Source: Candidatus Nomurabacteria bacterium
GTDB lineage: Bacteria > Patescibacteriota > Minisyncoccia > Phycocordibacterales > UBA1006
Reading direction: 5' to 3'
Length of the DNA stretch: 45,433 nucleotides
Assembly: GCA_020632195.1 (NCBI GenBank)
Contig: JACKGA010000005.1
Coordinates: 1-45,433 of the forward strand
A program made the translations under genes and the position numbers. Every line of letters begins with the position of its first letter. Within the stretch, counting starts at the first letter, position 1. Positions 16,988-26,346 of this stretch are shown here, one piece after another. Under the pieces are notes generated by a model that was not told where the DNA came from, made no database searches, and worked only from the letters and a program-made list of their open reading frames with translations.

Positions 16988-17386
16988 ATGAAAACACTCG
17001 TAGTAATCGTATGCTTCATTATTACTTTTTCTGCCAAAGCAACAATGCCAGCAGGAAAAGAATTTTCTATTTCTAAAAACTATAAAATTATCATGCAAGA
17101 TGATGGAAAGGTTTTTTTAGTAGGCAAAGAAGCTTTTGAAGAGATTATTCCTCCTTCTAAAGAAGATTGGGATACTTTTGCCCAAAGCTTAACCGTAGAA
17201 ACTATCAGCATTCCAGAAAAACAAAAAATTTTTAATATTCTGAATGACCATAGAGTTAAGGTTAAATACAAAGGAGAAGCGATAAAAGTTATTTTCCGTA
17301 ACGAAAATTATGGAAAGATAATGTTAACCTATACAGCACGTGGTGAGTGTTGTATGGAAATTTTAAAAGACTTGAGACTTTACTGA
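16988..17386 (+). CDS. Secreted hypothetical protein
   Basis: Signal peptide MKTLVVIVCFIITFSAKA; 132 aa. Confidence 0.7.
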   Translation: MKTLVVIVCFIITFSAKATMPAGKEFSISKNYKIIMQDDGKVFLVGKEAFEEIIPPSKEDWDTFAQSLTVETISIPEKQKIFNILNDHRVKVKYKGEAIKVIFRNENYGKIMLTYTARGECCMEILKDLRLY

Positions 17387-17407
17387 AGTCTCAGATCACA
17401 CCATGAA

Positions 17408-17445
17408 GGCCCGCGACTATTGTCCGGGCTTTTATTCTTTCTTCT
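17408..17445 (+). terminator. Intrinsic terminator at the island right end
   Basis: GCCCG...CGGGC stem followed by TTTTATTCTTTC. Confidence 0.6.
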
Positions 17446-17548
17446 TTTCCCCTATACTTTCTTTATACTCACTTTAATATCGTTATCATCAGACGCAGAG
17501 TTTTGAACATCTTCAATACTTCCGTCTGGCGAGAACGAACCAAGGCTT

Positions 17549-19711
17549 ATGAAAAAACAAGAATTTGTAACGAATGTTGCTGGTAAAGAATGGAAAGCAA
17601 TGTTTACTGACATTGCTGATCAGGCAAATGGATCGGTAATTTTGTCATGTGACGATACGGTAGTAATGGCTACAGCAGTCATGTCGAAAGATGGGCGCGA
17701 TAATCGCGGCTGGTTCAATCTCACGGTTGAATATATGGAAAAGTACTATGCCACTGGAGAAATCCTTGGCGGGCCCTATTCTCGTCGTGAAGGACGCCCG
17801 ACAACTCAGGCGACGCTCGGATCACGTATTATTGATCGCACACTGCGCCCTCTCTTCCCTCATTATATTCAAAATGCAATTCAGGTAATCGTATCTGTTC
17901 TGGCGGTAGGAGATGCAGACCCTATTGTATTGGGGACGAATGCGGCATCGCTTGCTCTGGCAACCTCAGATATTCCATGGGCGGGTCCAGTAGGATGTAT
18001 CCGCTTAGGGGTTTTGAAAGACTCAGAATCACTTGAGATAAATCCCTATGCACCGATCAAAAAGTCAGGAGGTACCACTGAAACAAATTTTTCTTTTGAT
18101 CTTCTTGTGTGTGGTGCCAATAGTACACTCAATATGATCGAGGCGGCGACGTTCGAAGCGAGCGAAGAAGAGCTCGGTGCTGCTCTAGAAAAAGCACAGA
18201 CAGAAATTAGCGCGCTTGAACAATGGCAAAAAGACATTGTTGCCAAGATTGGAGTACAAAAAAAAGCCTTTGAAGAGCCAGAAACTCCTGCAAACGTGCT
18301 TGAGCTTTTTGATACTCATATGCGCGCCACGATGATCGAAGGGCTTTTTGGGCTCGACAGTAAGGCACGTATTAGTGAATTTGAAGAACAATGGCATGAA
18401 CTTCTGGCCGAAAAATATCCTGAGGATGTATCATTAGGAAAAGAAATATTTGATGCTCATAGTCATGCGCGATCGCGTGGCATGTATCATTTTCACCATA
18501 CCGTTGATGAAATGTATCACGATGCTGCTTTGCAAGAGGGTAAACGCGCTGACTTGCGCGCCATGAATGAAGTGCGTGATCTGTATGCACAGGCTGGAGG
18601 TTTTTCACAGCGCTTGCACGGATCAGGATTGTTCTATCGTGGTGGGACACACGTCTTTTCAGCGCTTGCTCTTGCGGGTCCAGATACACGCCTCGAACAT
18701 GATGAAATGGAAGTTAAAAATGCTGAACGATTTATCCATCACTACAATTTTCCGCCATTTTCTGCCGGTGAGACAGGGCGTGTTGGTGGATTTAATCGTC
18801 GCCAAATCGGGCACGGAGCACTCGTACAAAAGGCATTTTATGGAGTACTTCCTTCTGTCGAAGAATTCCCCTATACCATGCGCGTGGTGTCAGAATCAGT
18901 TGCATCCAATGGCTCAACTTCTCAGGCTTCGATCTGTGCAACCACATTGGCATTGATGGATGGTGGCGTACCGATTACCCGCCCTGTTGCTGGTATTGCT
19001 ATGGGATTGATGATGAATAAGGCGGGTGATTATAAAATTCTTACTGATATTCAGGGACCCGAAGACCATCATGGCGATATGGATTTCAAGGTAGCCGGGA
19101 CGCGCGCAGGAGTAACAGCCATTCAATTAGATATTAAAGTAGATGGTGTCCCGGTGAAAATTCTCAAAGAGGCACTTATAGATGCCAAAGCAGCTCGCGA
19201 AACTATTCTCGACACCATCGAGTCAGAGATTGCCCAGCCACGTGCTGAGATGAGTCAATATGCTCCCAAAATTGTCTCGACGAAGATTGACGAAGACGAT
19301 ATTGGAAAAGTGATTGGTTCGGGTGGTAAGACGATTCAAAAAATCCAAGAAGATACCGCAACCACAGTGACAATCGAAGAGGACGGAACCGTCTTCATCA
19401 CGGGTCTTGCTGACGGTCCATTGCGCGCCAAAAATATGATCGAACAAATCGTCAAAAAATGGCAGGTGGGTGAAGTGACTAGCGGACGCGTCATTAAGAT
19501 CCTTGATATTGGTGCGATTGTACAGATCTCACCCATGCATGATGGATTGGTGCACGTATCAGAGATTGCCCCATTCCGCGTAGCGAATGTTGCGGATGTT
19601 TTGAAAGAAGGCATGGATGTACCGGTGAAAGTAGTATCAGTAGATGCTGCGAAAGGGCGCATCGGTCTGAGTATCGAAAAAGCCGAACCAGGGTTTATTA
19701 AGCAATCATAA
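17549..19711 (+). CDS. pnp: Polyribonucleotide nucleotidyltransferase (PNPase)
   Basis: RREGRP, SRIIDRTLRPLF, HYNFPPFS, SNGSTSQAS, GDMDFKVAG, KH (IGKVIGSGGKTI) and S1 (GLVHVSEI) domains. Confidence 0.97.
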   Translation: MKKQEFVTNVAGKEWKAMFTDIADQANGSVILSCDDTVVMATAVMSKDGRDNRGWFNLTVEYMEKYYATGEILGGPYSRREGRPTTQATLGSRIIDRTLRPLFPHYIQNAIQVIVSVLAVGDADPIVLGTNAASLALATSDIPWAGPVGCIRLGVLKDSESLEINPYAPIKKSGGTTETNFSFDLLVCGANSTLNMIEAATFEASEEELGAALEKAQTEISALEQWQKDIVAKIGVQKKAFEEPETPANVLELFDTHMRATMIEGLFGLDSKARISEFEEQWHELLAEKYPEDVSLGKEIFDAHSHARSRGMYHFHHTVDEMYHDAALQEGKRADLRAMNEVRDLYAQAGGFSQRLHGSGLFYRGGTHVFSALALAGPDTRLEHDEMEVKNAERFIHHYNFPPFSAGETGRVGGFNRRQIGHGALVQKAFYGVLPSVEEFPYTMRVVSESVASNGSTSQASICATTLALMDGGVPITRPVAGIAMGLMMNKAGDYKILTDIQGPEDHHGDMDFKVAGTRAGVTAIQLDIKVDGVPVKILKEALIDAKAARETILDTIESEIAQPRAEMSQYAPKIVSTKIDEDDIGKVIGSGGKTIQKIQEDTATTVTIEEDGTVFITGLADGPLRAKNMIEQIVKKWQVGEVTSGRVIKILDIGAIVQISPMHDGLVHVSEIAPFRVANVADVLKEGMDVPVKVVSVDAAKGRIGLSIEKAEPGFIKQS

Positions 19712-19732
19712 ATAAAGTTAAGGATATTGCGT

Positions 19733-21028
19733 ATGATAGAAAGAATACATTTTCCACACAATGAAGATGATCCCAAAGTGGTAGATCTAATAAAAGAACA
19801 TCGTGAAAAGCTCAATTGGCATTCCTTTGATCATATTGGGTCTACAAGAAATGGTGGCTTTGATCATGAATGGACAATTAAAGATTTTGAAAAACAAATT
19901 GCTTATTTACGCAAATGTGACCCCATACATGCCATGTTCTTTTTTCGAGTTATTACTCGTGATGAGAATTTTCTGAAAAAAATTATGACAGAAATATCAT
20001 TTGATCCTCGTGTCGTGTGGGAACAAGACAAAGATTCTCAGCGGGAATATCATAATTCTTATGAGGATTTCTATCATGATTATGTATATAAAATCGTTTC
20101 TGTTGAGATGTCGATGGATTATAATTATCCTGATGGTTTTTTTGCAAACCGTTCTGATGACGATATTCTCGAGATGCTCAAAATTTATAATCAGGAGATT
20201 GAGGATGTGCGCTTGATCGCACAAGAAAATATAGAACGTATCTCAAAAAAATTTAAAGATCGATTAAAAAGATTCTCTCAAAAATATGATATCACTATTG
20301 ATGAGTCTCTCTTGGATCATAAACTTCAGATGGTTGAATATGATGTTTTTGACAACTATGTAGGAGATCAGCCTTACAGTAATATTCCTGGTAAAAAAGG
20401 GGGAGATTATGATAAAAGTGAACATCGTGTGCGTATAAAAATGGATTCATTTGGTAATGTAGACGAAGATGTAGTTCAGCACGAGAATCTCCATGTTGTT
20501 GCAGGTCGAGAAATGAACGTTTCTCTTATAGATCTAGGATTTTCAAAGACAGAACCTATTATTGAGGGCTACTCAATACCGCGACAAGGACTTGGTTTTG
20601 ACAGGCGCATCAATCGAAGGGGCAACGAATTTACCTGGCTAGATGAGGCGATTACCGAGCGTATCAATGAGATCATTATGCATGATAATATTGGTACTAA
20701 TGACAATGGACGTTCTTATACCTCAATGTCATACCCTGATGAGCGTGATCTTTTTGATCTGATTCTTACCTCTGGTACAGTTGATATTGATCAAAAATAT
20801 TTCTTCCAAGCATATTTTGAGACGACGCCAGAAGATCAAAAGCATCTTCCTCTGCGCACAGAATTATATCAAAAGATCTCAGAAGCATATGGGAGCCCTA
20901 TATTCCTGATGCGTATCGATGATCTTGTGGGCGAATTTGGCATTAGGGAAGTAAAGGATCTTTTTAAAGAGGGAGGAAAAGAAGCGATTGAACAGCGATG
21001 GTATGATACGTATACTACGACTGGATAA
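19733..21028 (+). CDS. Hypothetical zincin-like metalloprotease
   Basis: HENLH (HExxH) followed by WLDEAITE as a candidate third ligand. Confidence 0.55.
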   Translation: MIERIHFPHNEDDPKVVDLIKEHREKLNWHSFDHIGSTRNGGFDHEWTIKDFEKQIAYLRKCDPIHAMFFFRVITRDENFLKKIMTEISFDPRVVWEQDKDSQREYHNSYEDFYHDYVYKIVSVEMSMDYNYPDGFFANRSDDDILEMLKIYNQEIEDVRLIAQENIERISKKFKDRLKRFSQKYDITIDESLLDHKLQMVEYDVFDNYVGDQPYSNIPGKKGGDYDKSEHRVRIKMDSFGNVDEDVVQHENLHVVAGREMNVSLIDLGFSKTEPIIEGYSIPRQGLGFDRRINRRGNEFTWLDEAITERINEIIMHDNIGTNDNGRSYTSMSYPDERDLFDLILTSGTVDIDQKYFFQAYFETTPEDQKHLPLRTELYQKISEAYGSPIFLMRIDDLVGEFGIREVKDLFKEGGKEAIEQRWYDTYTTTG

Positions 21029-21066
21029 AACTAAAAATCAGCACCTTGAGGTGTTGGTTTTTAGTT
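21029..21066. terminator. Bidirectional-type terminator
   Basis: AACTAAAAATCAGCACC-ttga-GGTGTTGGTTTTTAGTT. Confidence 0.75.
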
Positions 21067-21102
21067 GAGTCATAAGTTGCCCAATTCTGCTATACTATTC
21101 AT

Positions 21103-21804
21103 ATGTCAGATACCTCAGAAAATTCAGCAAAGCCTCATGTCCCGGTTTATACTATTGCGATGACGATGGTATTTGCTTTTTTTGTTACGGCGCTCGGTTT
21201 TTTGATTCTTGGATCCGGGTTTGGGAGAGTTCTCGGGATCATCATTGTGCTGGTGATTGTGGTGAGTGTTGCTATCACACTTGTCCTTTTTCATAAAAAG
21301 AAGAGCCTCGATCGCATACAAGAGGAGGAAAAAATTCGAGCACATCGCGAGCGTATGCAAAAAATCTCAAAAGAAATCATTGCTGCCGGGACACTTATGC
21401 CATTACAAGAATTAGACCAGCGGACGCTCAATCATTTTGTTGCTTTTGTTTTAAGTCAGTGGGGTTATCGTGCTGATGTGCCAACTCAGATCCCCAATCA
21501 GCCACCATTGCCACACGTATGGCTCTATCAAGGAGCACAACAATTCGCCACCTATATTGATACTGATAGCAAGCCTATTTCAGAATTTGCATTACAAAAT
21601 TTTGCTTCTCGCTATCTCGGGCGTTCGTCTATCCGTGGTGTCTACATTACTCTCGGGAGTTTCAGTTCTGAAGCACAGGCATGGGCAACACAGTTTCAAC
21701 CAGTATTGTGGCTCATTGATGCACAAGAACTTCTTTCGATTATCCAGCGTACTGATCGCAAAATTGTTGACTGGAATGCGGGACCCTATACTCCTCTGGC
21801 ATAA
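21103..21804 (+). CDS. Membrane-anchored Mrr-like restriction endonuclease domain, probably inactive
   Basis: Two TM helices; FVAFVLSQWGY...GVYITLGSFSSEAQAWA...LIDAQEL Mrr_cat pattern lacking the D and QxK residues. Confidence 0.65.
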   Translation: MSDTSENSAKPHVPVYTIAMTMVFAFFVTALGFLILGSGFGRVLGIIIVLVIVVSVAITLVLFHKKKSLDRIQEEEKIRAHRERMQKISKEIIAAGTLMPLQELDQRTLNHFVAFVLSQWGYRADVPTQIPNQPPLPHVWLYQGAQQFATYIDTDSKPISEFALQNFASRYLGRSSIRGVYITLGSFSSEAQAWATQFQPVLWLIDAQELLSIIQRTDRKIVDWNAGPYTPLA

Positions 21805-21863
21805 TGTTTCTTTTCATAGTACTCTAAAATAAATTTATTCTTAACCTTTTAAAATAGTTTTTT

Positions 21864-22115
21864 ATGGAACAAAGAAATAGGGGAGGCGGGATGCTTAGTT
21901 TGTTATGTGTGGTAGTTATTTTTGTACTTACCTTAGCTCAAGGGAGCAGTGGTAGCTACTCCAAGCCGTGGCAACCTTTTGATTCGGTCGAGGGGATGCT
22001 TGCCATTGTAGCACTTATTGCTACTGGTACTATTGGTGGGATTGTCTTGATTACAAAGAAAGTAAACAAGACAGAAGAAATGCCAGATGATGGTGATGGA
22101 GTAAGCCAAGAATAA
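21864..22115 (+). CDS. Small membrane protein
   Basis: 83 aa, two hydrophobic segments. Confidence 0.6.
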   Translation: MEQRNRGGGMLSLLCVVVIFVLTLAQGSSGSYSKPWQPFDSVEGMLAIVALIATGTIGGIVLITKKVNKTEEMPDDGDGVSQE

Positions 22116-22147
22116 ACTATTGGCAAAAATCAAACCTGAGTTTCGAC

Positions 22148-22249
22148 AAAAGCTTCGATATCGTATCGAAGCTTTTTTTTGTTAGTGAAACTATGTATGG
22201 GAAGCGCGGCGGCGTGCCTTATTTCAAAAAAAGAAGAACGCCGCCGCGC
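22148..22249. terminator. Tandem hairpins between convergent genes
   Basis: 13-bp AAAAGCTTCGATA/TATCGAAGCTTTT (22148-22176) and 12-bp GCGCGGCGGCGT/ACGCCGCCGCGC (22204-22249). Confidence 0.65.
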
Positions 22250-22260
22250 CCTCCACCCAC

Positions 22261-23178
22261 TTACTTTTTATGAAATTTCTTATGTACATCACGCAGGTGT
22301 TTGTCGGTGACATGCGTATATACCTGTGTGGTGGCAATATTTGCATGCCCCAGCATCATCTGCACCGAACGCAAATCTGCTCCATTCTCGAGCAGATTTG
22401 TCGCAAAAGAGTGGCGTAAAACGTGTGGTGTTACATTTTTGGTTACCCCAGCTTTGGTCGCATAGTGTTTGACGATGCGCTCGACAGATCGAGTTGTCAG
22501 GCGACTCCCTTCATCATCGCCATTATTATGTGAAAGTGAAACAAACAATGCTTCGTCCATATCGCCACGCGCATCGAGATATATTTTTACTCTCCGTTTT
22601 GCATCTTCCGACAGGAAGACCACGCGTACTTTGTCACCCTTTCCACGAATCGACATTTCATCTTTTGAGAGGTCAATATCACGGTTCAGTGAGCATAATT
22701 CTGAGACACGCAGTCCTGTCGAAAACAGCAATTCAAGAATCGCACGATCGCGCAGTGATTTGAGATCCGTACCATCAGCTACCTCAATAATCCGTAAGAG
22801 TTCGGCAACCGAGAGATGGTCAATATCACGGTCACCGACTTTAGCGAGTTCAATAGCATCGGGGGATAATGACGAAATGTTTCGTTTCATCAAAAACTTC
22901 AGAAACATACGAATTGCAATCATATAATAATTCTGTGTTCTTTTTTTCATTGTCCCAGCCGATTGTCCACGTATCTTTCGCCCAGGAGCACGATTGATAT
23001 CAAGGCGAAACCGCCTGACGACTTCATCGGTAATATCAGACGGTTTTTGAAATTTCCCAAACTCAAAAAAACGCGTCAAATAGCGGTCGTAGTTTTGCAC
23101 AGTTTTGAGACTACGTCCGCGTTCAATCTCAATATATTCAAGAAATTGTTGTTTCAGGTCAGACATCGTGTACGACAT
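22261..23178 (-). CDS. XerC/XerD-like tyrosine recombinase
   Basis: STGLRVSEL (R), RGKGDK (K), HVLRH, LGH, TQVY; N-terminal SAM-like domain; start at ATG 23178. Confidence 0.92.
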   Translation of the reverse strand: MSYTMSDLKQQFLEYIEIERGRSLKTVQNYDRYLTRFFEFGKFQKPSDITDEVVRRFRLDINRAPGRKIRGQSAGTMKKRTQNYYMIAIRMFLKFLMKRNISSLSPDAIELAKVGDRDIDHLSVAELLRIIEVADGTDLKSLRDRAILELLFSTGLRVSELCSLNRDIDLSKDEMSIRGKGDKVRVVFLSEDAKRRVKIYLDARGDMDEALFVSLSHNNGDDEGSRLTTRSVERIVKHYATKAGVTKNVTPHVLRHSFATNLLENGADLRSVQMMLGHANIATTQVYTHVTDKHLRDVHKKFHKK

Positions 23179-23322
23179 ATGAACAGTATAACAAGAATTC
23201 AATCTGTTTGAGAAAAAAGTTTTTTGAAAGAAATATAAGATCTGTGCGTAGTAATGTGTGTAGAGATAGATATCGCTCTACGCAATACTATTTTTTTCAT
23301 TATTGACTTAACTTTTATATTT

Positions 23323-24120
23323 ATGAAATCAACAACACTTACTCCTATGAAAGCCATTTATCTTTTTCTGCTCGTCCTTGCGATTGGATTCTTTGCTACA
23401 GCTTTTACGGCACTTGCTGCAGAACGTAATGGCGATGGTGCACAGAAAGCTTTTCGTGCAAACTTAAGCGAAGAACAACTCGAGATTCTTGATGAGGCAC
23501 GCAAGCTTCGCGACTCAGGTGATTTCGAAGAAGCACAGACTCTTGTAGAGGAAGCAGGTATTGAAATGCCGGTGCGCGGCGAACATGATAAAGATCGACC
23601 AGAACTGACTGATGAACAAAAAGATATTCTCGATCAGGCACATGGGCTGATGAATAATGGCGATACCGAAGCCGCGAAAAAACTTCTCGCTGATAACGAT
23701 ATCGATATGCCTATGCGCGGTATGCATAAAGATAATGAGGAACACGAAGCAGTAAAAGCTGCAATCGAGGCAGGCGATTACACCGCATTCAAAGAAGCAA
23801 CGGCGGATGCACCTGTAGAAATGGATCTTAATGAAGAGCAATTTCAAGGCATGGTAGAAGCGCACAAGTTGCGTGAATCAGGAGACTTTGAAGCTGCACG
23901 TGCACTTATGGATGAGCTCGATCTGCCACAACCTGGCAAGCGTGCGCACAAGCATTTTGTACAGAACTTATCAGACGAAGATAAAGCAACTATCCAAGAA
24001 GCACATCAGCTTGCCAAAGATGGTGATATTGATGCTGCGCAAGAGCTCCTTGAAGACAACGGCATTGCATTGCCAGAAAAAGAAGGATTCTTTAAAAGAA
24101 TTTTCGGGAAGAAATCCTAG
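23323..24120 (+). CDS. Secreted helical-repeat protein
   Basis: Signal peptide; four ~36-aa repeats L[ST]xEQxxxxxEAxxLxxxGDxEAAxxLxxxxxIxxP. Confidence 0.75.
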   Translation: MKSTTLTPMKAIYLFLLVLAIGFFATAFTALAAERNGDGAQKAFRANLSEEQLEILDEARKLRDSGDFEEAQTLVEEAGIEMPVRGEHDKDRPELTDEQKDILDQAHGLMNNGDTEAAKKLLADNDIDMPMRGMHKDNEEHEAVKAAIEAGDYTAFKEATADAPVEMDLNEEQFQGMVEAHKLRESGDFEAARALMDELDLPQPGKRAHKHFVQNLSDEDKATIQEAHQLAKDGDIDAAQELLEDNGIALPEKEGFFKRIFGKKS

Positions 24121-24257
24121 GCAAAAAATTGAATGACTGTAGTTAAAACCATGTTTTCTTGGTGTACACAAGGACGTGGTTTTTTCTTGAACTTATTTTG
24201 TGAAGGAGGTACTCTTTTTGAAAGAATATTTTTTAACTTAAAATACAGGGAGGAAAA

Positions 24258-24491
24258 ATGGACAATGGATTTAACAAGTCACATCCAGAAAGAAAAGACG
24301 ATGAGGTATTTGTAGGCAATGCAAACGAATATGGATTCCAAAACATTGGGTGGGAGACTAAAAGGAAAGGAAAACAAGCATATTATTCAACAGGAGACAT
24401 GTATCCTGATAAGAGCTACTTTCCGGTATTTGCTTCGGCAAGTGAAATAGAATCTGAAAATAGAGAAATCTATAATCGATTGAAGCCATAA
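24258..24491 (+). CDS. Small hypothetical protein
   Basis: 77 aa with GGGAGG SD; followed by a hairpin at about 24505-24538. Confidence 0.6.
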   Translation: MDNGFNKSHPERKDDEVFVGNANEYGFQNIGWETKRKGKQAYYSTGDMYPDKSYFPVFASASEIESENREIYNRLKP

Positions 24492-24560
24492 GAAAAGATC
24501 AACTTTAAAACGCGTACAAGTTTGTATGCGTTTTAAATATTTCTGATATACTCAAATCAT

Positions 24561-25097
24561 ATGAAAAAATATCTTTTACCTTTTGTTTTGATTATTCTTC
24601 TCATCATCGCTGCTGTAGCATTGGGCGCAGTGAAGGAAATTATGACTAGAAATGTTTCTTCTGATTCAAATATGTCCATATCAGAAGAAACGCCTGTTGT
24701 TGTCGAAGATAAATCAAGTGAAGTATCTGATAGCATGAACGAAAATAAAATGAATACGGATCCAAAATTACTTGGGAAAACATGGATGTGGGTTCGCTCT
24801 TATAAAGAAGGGAGCTCAGAATCATTTATCGAACCAATACAAGAAACAGCTTTCACTATAACCTTTAATGAAGATGGTTCTGTTGGTGGGACAACTGACT
24901 GTAATAATTTTTCAGGAACCTATACTCTATCGGGAAATAGAATTTCATTCGGACCCATGATGCAGACGCTGATGTATTGTGAAAACTCACAAGAGTCCGC
25001 GTTTCTTTCTCAACTTCAAGATATTGAAGAGTATTCATTTTATTCAGATGACCAATTAGTTTTGGGTACACAAGATATGGGAATGGAATTTAAATAA
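24561..25097 (+). CDS. META/HslJ domain protein
   Basis: N-terminal TM/signal; LLGKTW, GGTTDCNNFSGTY, TLMYC...ESAFLSQL. Confidence 0.88.
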   Translation: MKKYLLPFVLIILLIIAAVALGAVKEIMTRNVSSDSNMSISEETPVVVEDKSSEVSDSMNENKMNTDPKLLGKTWMWVRSYKEGSSESFIEPIQETAFTITFNEDGSVGGTTDCNNFSGTYTLSGNRISFGPMMQTLMYCENSQESAFLSQLQDIEEYSFYSDDQLVLGTQDMGMEFK

Positions 25098-25098
25098 T

Positions 25099-25518
25099 AT
25101 GCGCTACCTCGGTATTGATTATGGTACAAAGAAAACAGGGTTGGCTTTTTCTGATGATTCGGGTTCGATGGCTTTTCCGTACAAAATCGTACCGAGTGAA
25201 AGTCTTGTAGATACGCTCGTCAGTCTAAGAAGTCAAGAACATTTTGATGAAATCGTTATGGGGCATTCAAAGGCGGGCACGGGTGCGGATAATCCTGTGA
25301 TGAAAGAGGTCTATGTTCTCAAAAAAGATCTCGAACAATTATTTTCAATACCAGTGCATTTTGAGAACGAATTTGGTACCTCGGCGCAGATTCATCGCAT
25401 GCATGATATGCTAGCAGGTATTCGACCTGATACGGAGAGGAAAGTAAAAAAAGATACACGCCCTGTCGACGATCGAGCCGCAGCGCTGATTTTACAAAGA
25501 TTTCTTGATAAGATGTAA
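25099..25518 (+). CDS. ruvX: Holliday junction resolvase-like RuvX/YqgF
   Basis: LGIDYGTKKTGLA, FENEFGTS, VDDRAAALILQRFLD. Confidence 0.92.
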   Translation: MRYLGIDYGTKKTGLAFSDDSGSMAFPYKIVPSESLVDTLVSLRSQEHFDEIVMGHSKAGTGADNPVMKEVYVLKKDLEQLFSIPVHFENEFGTSAQIHRMHDMLAGIRPDTERKVKKDTRPVDDRAAALILQRFLDKM

Positions 25519-25522
25519 ACCT

Positions 25523-25975
25523 ATGAATGAAAATACTAGAGAAGTAACAAATGAAAACATGGAAGAAGAGGTAGTAACAGAAGAAGTTGTACCAGAACCA
25601 ACATATGTCGATTATGAAACTTTTCGTTCTATGGATATGCGCATGGGAACGATTCGTTTTGTCGAGCCCGTCGAAGGTGCTGATAAGCTTTTGCGCTTCC
25701 TGATCGATTTTGGACCAGCCGTAGCAACGATGGAATATACCGATGACGCAACAGGTACGACGTACCCTGTTCGCCAGATTGTGTCCGGTATCCGCGAATA
25801 TTATCCTGACAATTATACGGAACTCGTTGGCAAGACGTTGCTGTATATTATCAACCTCGAACCGCGCATGATTCGTGGCGTGGAAAGTCAGGGAATGTTG
25901 ATGGCGGTAGGCGAAGGTGCGCCAGTATTCGTCGTTCCAGAGACAGAAGTAGAAAGTGGAAGTGCGATACGATAG
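25523..25975 (+). CDS. Stand-alone tRNA-binding OB-fold (MetRS C-terminal/CsaA-like)
   Basis: VEGADKLL, RQIVSGIREYY, NLEPRMIRGVESQGML. Confidence 0.88.
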   Translation: MNENTREVTNENMEEEVVTEEVVPEPTYVDYETFRSMDMRMGTIRFVEPVEGADKLLRFLIDFGPAVATMEYTDDATGTTYPVRQIVSGIREYYPDNYTELVGKTLLYIINLEPRMIRGVESQGMLMAVGEGAPVFVVPETEVESGSAIR

Positions 25976-25978
25976 AAT

Positions 25979-26137
25979 TTGACTTTTTTATTTTTTATAC
26001 TAACTTTTTGTTTCGTTATTTCCTTTGTATATGTATCTGCTCCGGAGGCACCGAAAGAGTCAATAATTTTGCCGGTTTTGTTTGGAGTAACAGCAATAAT
26101 TGCCGCATATTCCTACCGAAAAGAATTGGTAAAATAA
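25979..26137 (+). CDS. Possible small membrane protein (52 aa), not in the ORF track
   Basis: TTG start, two hydrophobic segments, followed by an AAAAGCGTG/CACGCTTTT hairpin. Confidence 0.35.
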   Translation: MTFLFFILTFCFVISFVYVSAPEAPKESIILPVLFGVTAIIAAYSYRKELVK

Positions 26138-26208
26138 AAAAGAAATCAATAAAAGCGTGGAATTTTTTCACGCTTTTATTTTGCTTAAATTTCAAAACTT
26201 TTTACCTT

Positions 26209-26346
26209 GTCATCCCCGCGTTCTTTTGTGTCATCCCCGCGCAGGCGGGGATCCATCTTCCAAATAGCATGCTATGGGTCTCCGCTTGCGCGTGGATGAC
26301 ACATAGAAAGAAGTACTGAGATGACATAAAAATACCCAGAGATGAC
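26209..26346. repeat. REP/dRS3-like palindromic repeat cluster
   Basis: GTCATCCCCGCG (26209-20), GTCATCCCCGCGCAGGCGGGGATCCA (26230-55), inverse TGGGTCTCCGCTTGCGCGTGGATGAC (26275-300), extra GAGATGAC copies at 26318 and 26339. Confidence 0.75.

Noticed and set aside
8182-19711. Ro60/Y RNA/PNPase (RYPER)-like system from ncRNA + VWA + pnp proximity
   Set aside because: The VWA protein has no recognisable TROVE domain and pairs with a MoxR ATPase; pnp looks like backbone beyond the island terminator.
22116-23320. dif site beside the Xer recombinase
   Set aside because: No dif-like 28-mer with a TTATGTTAAA arm was found by eye.
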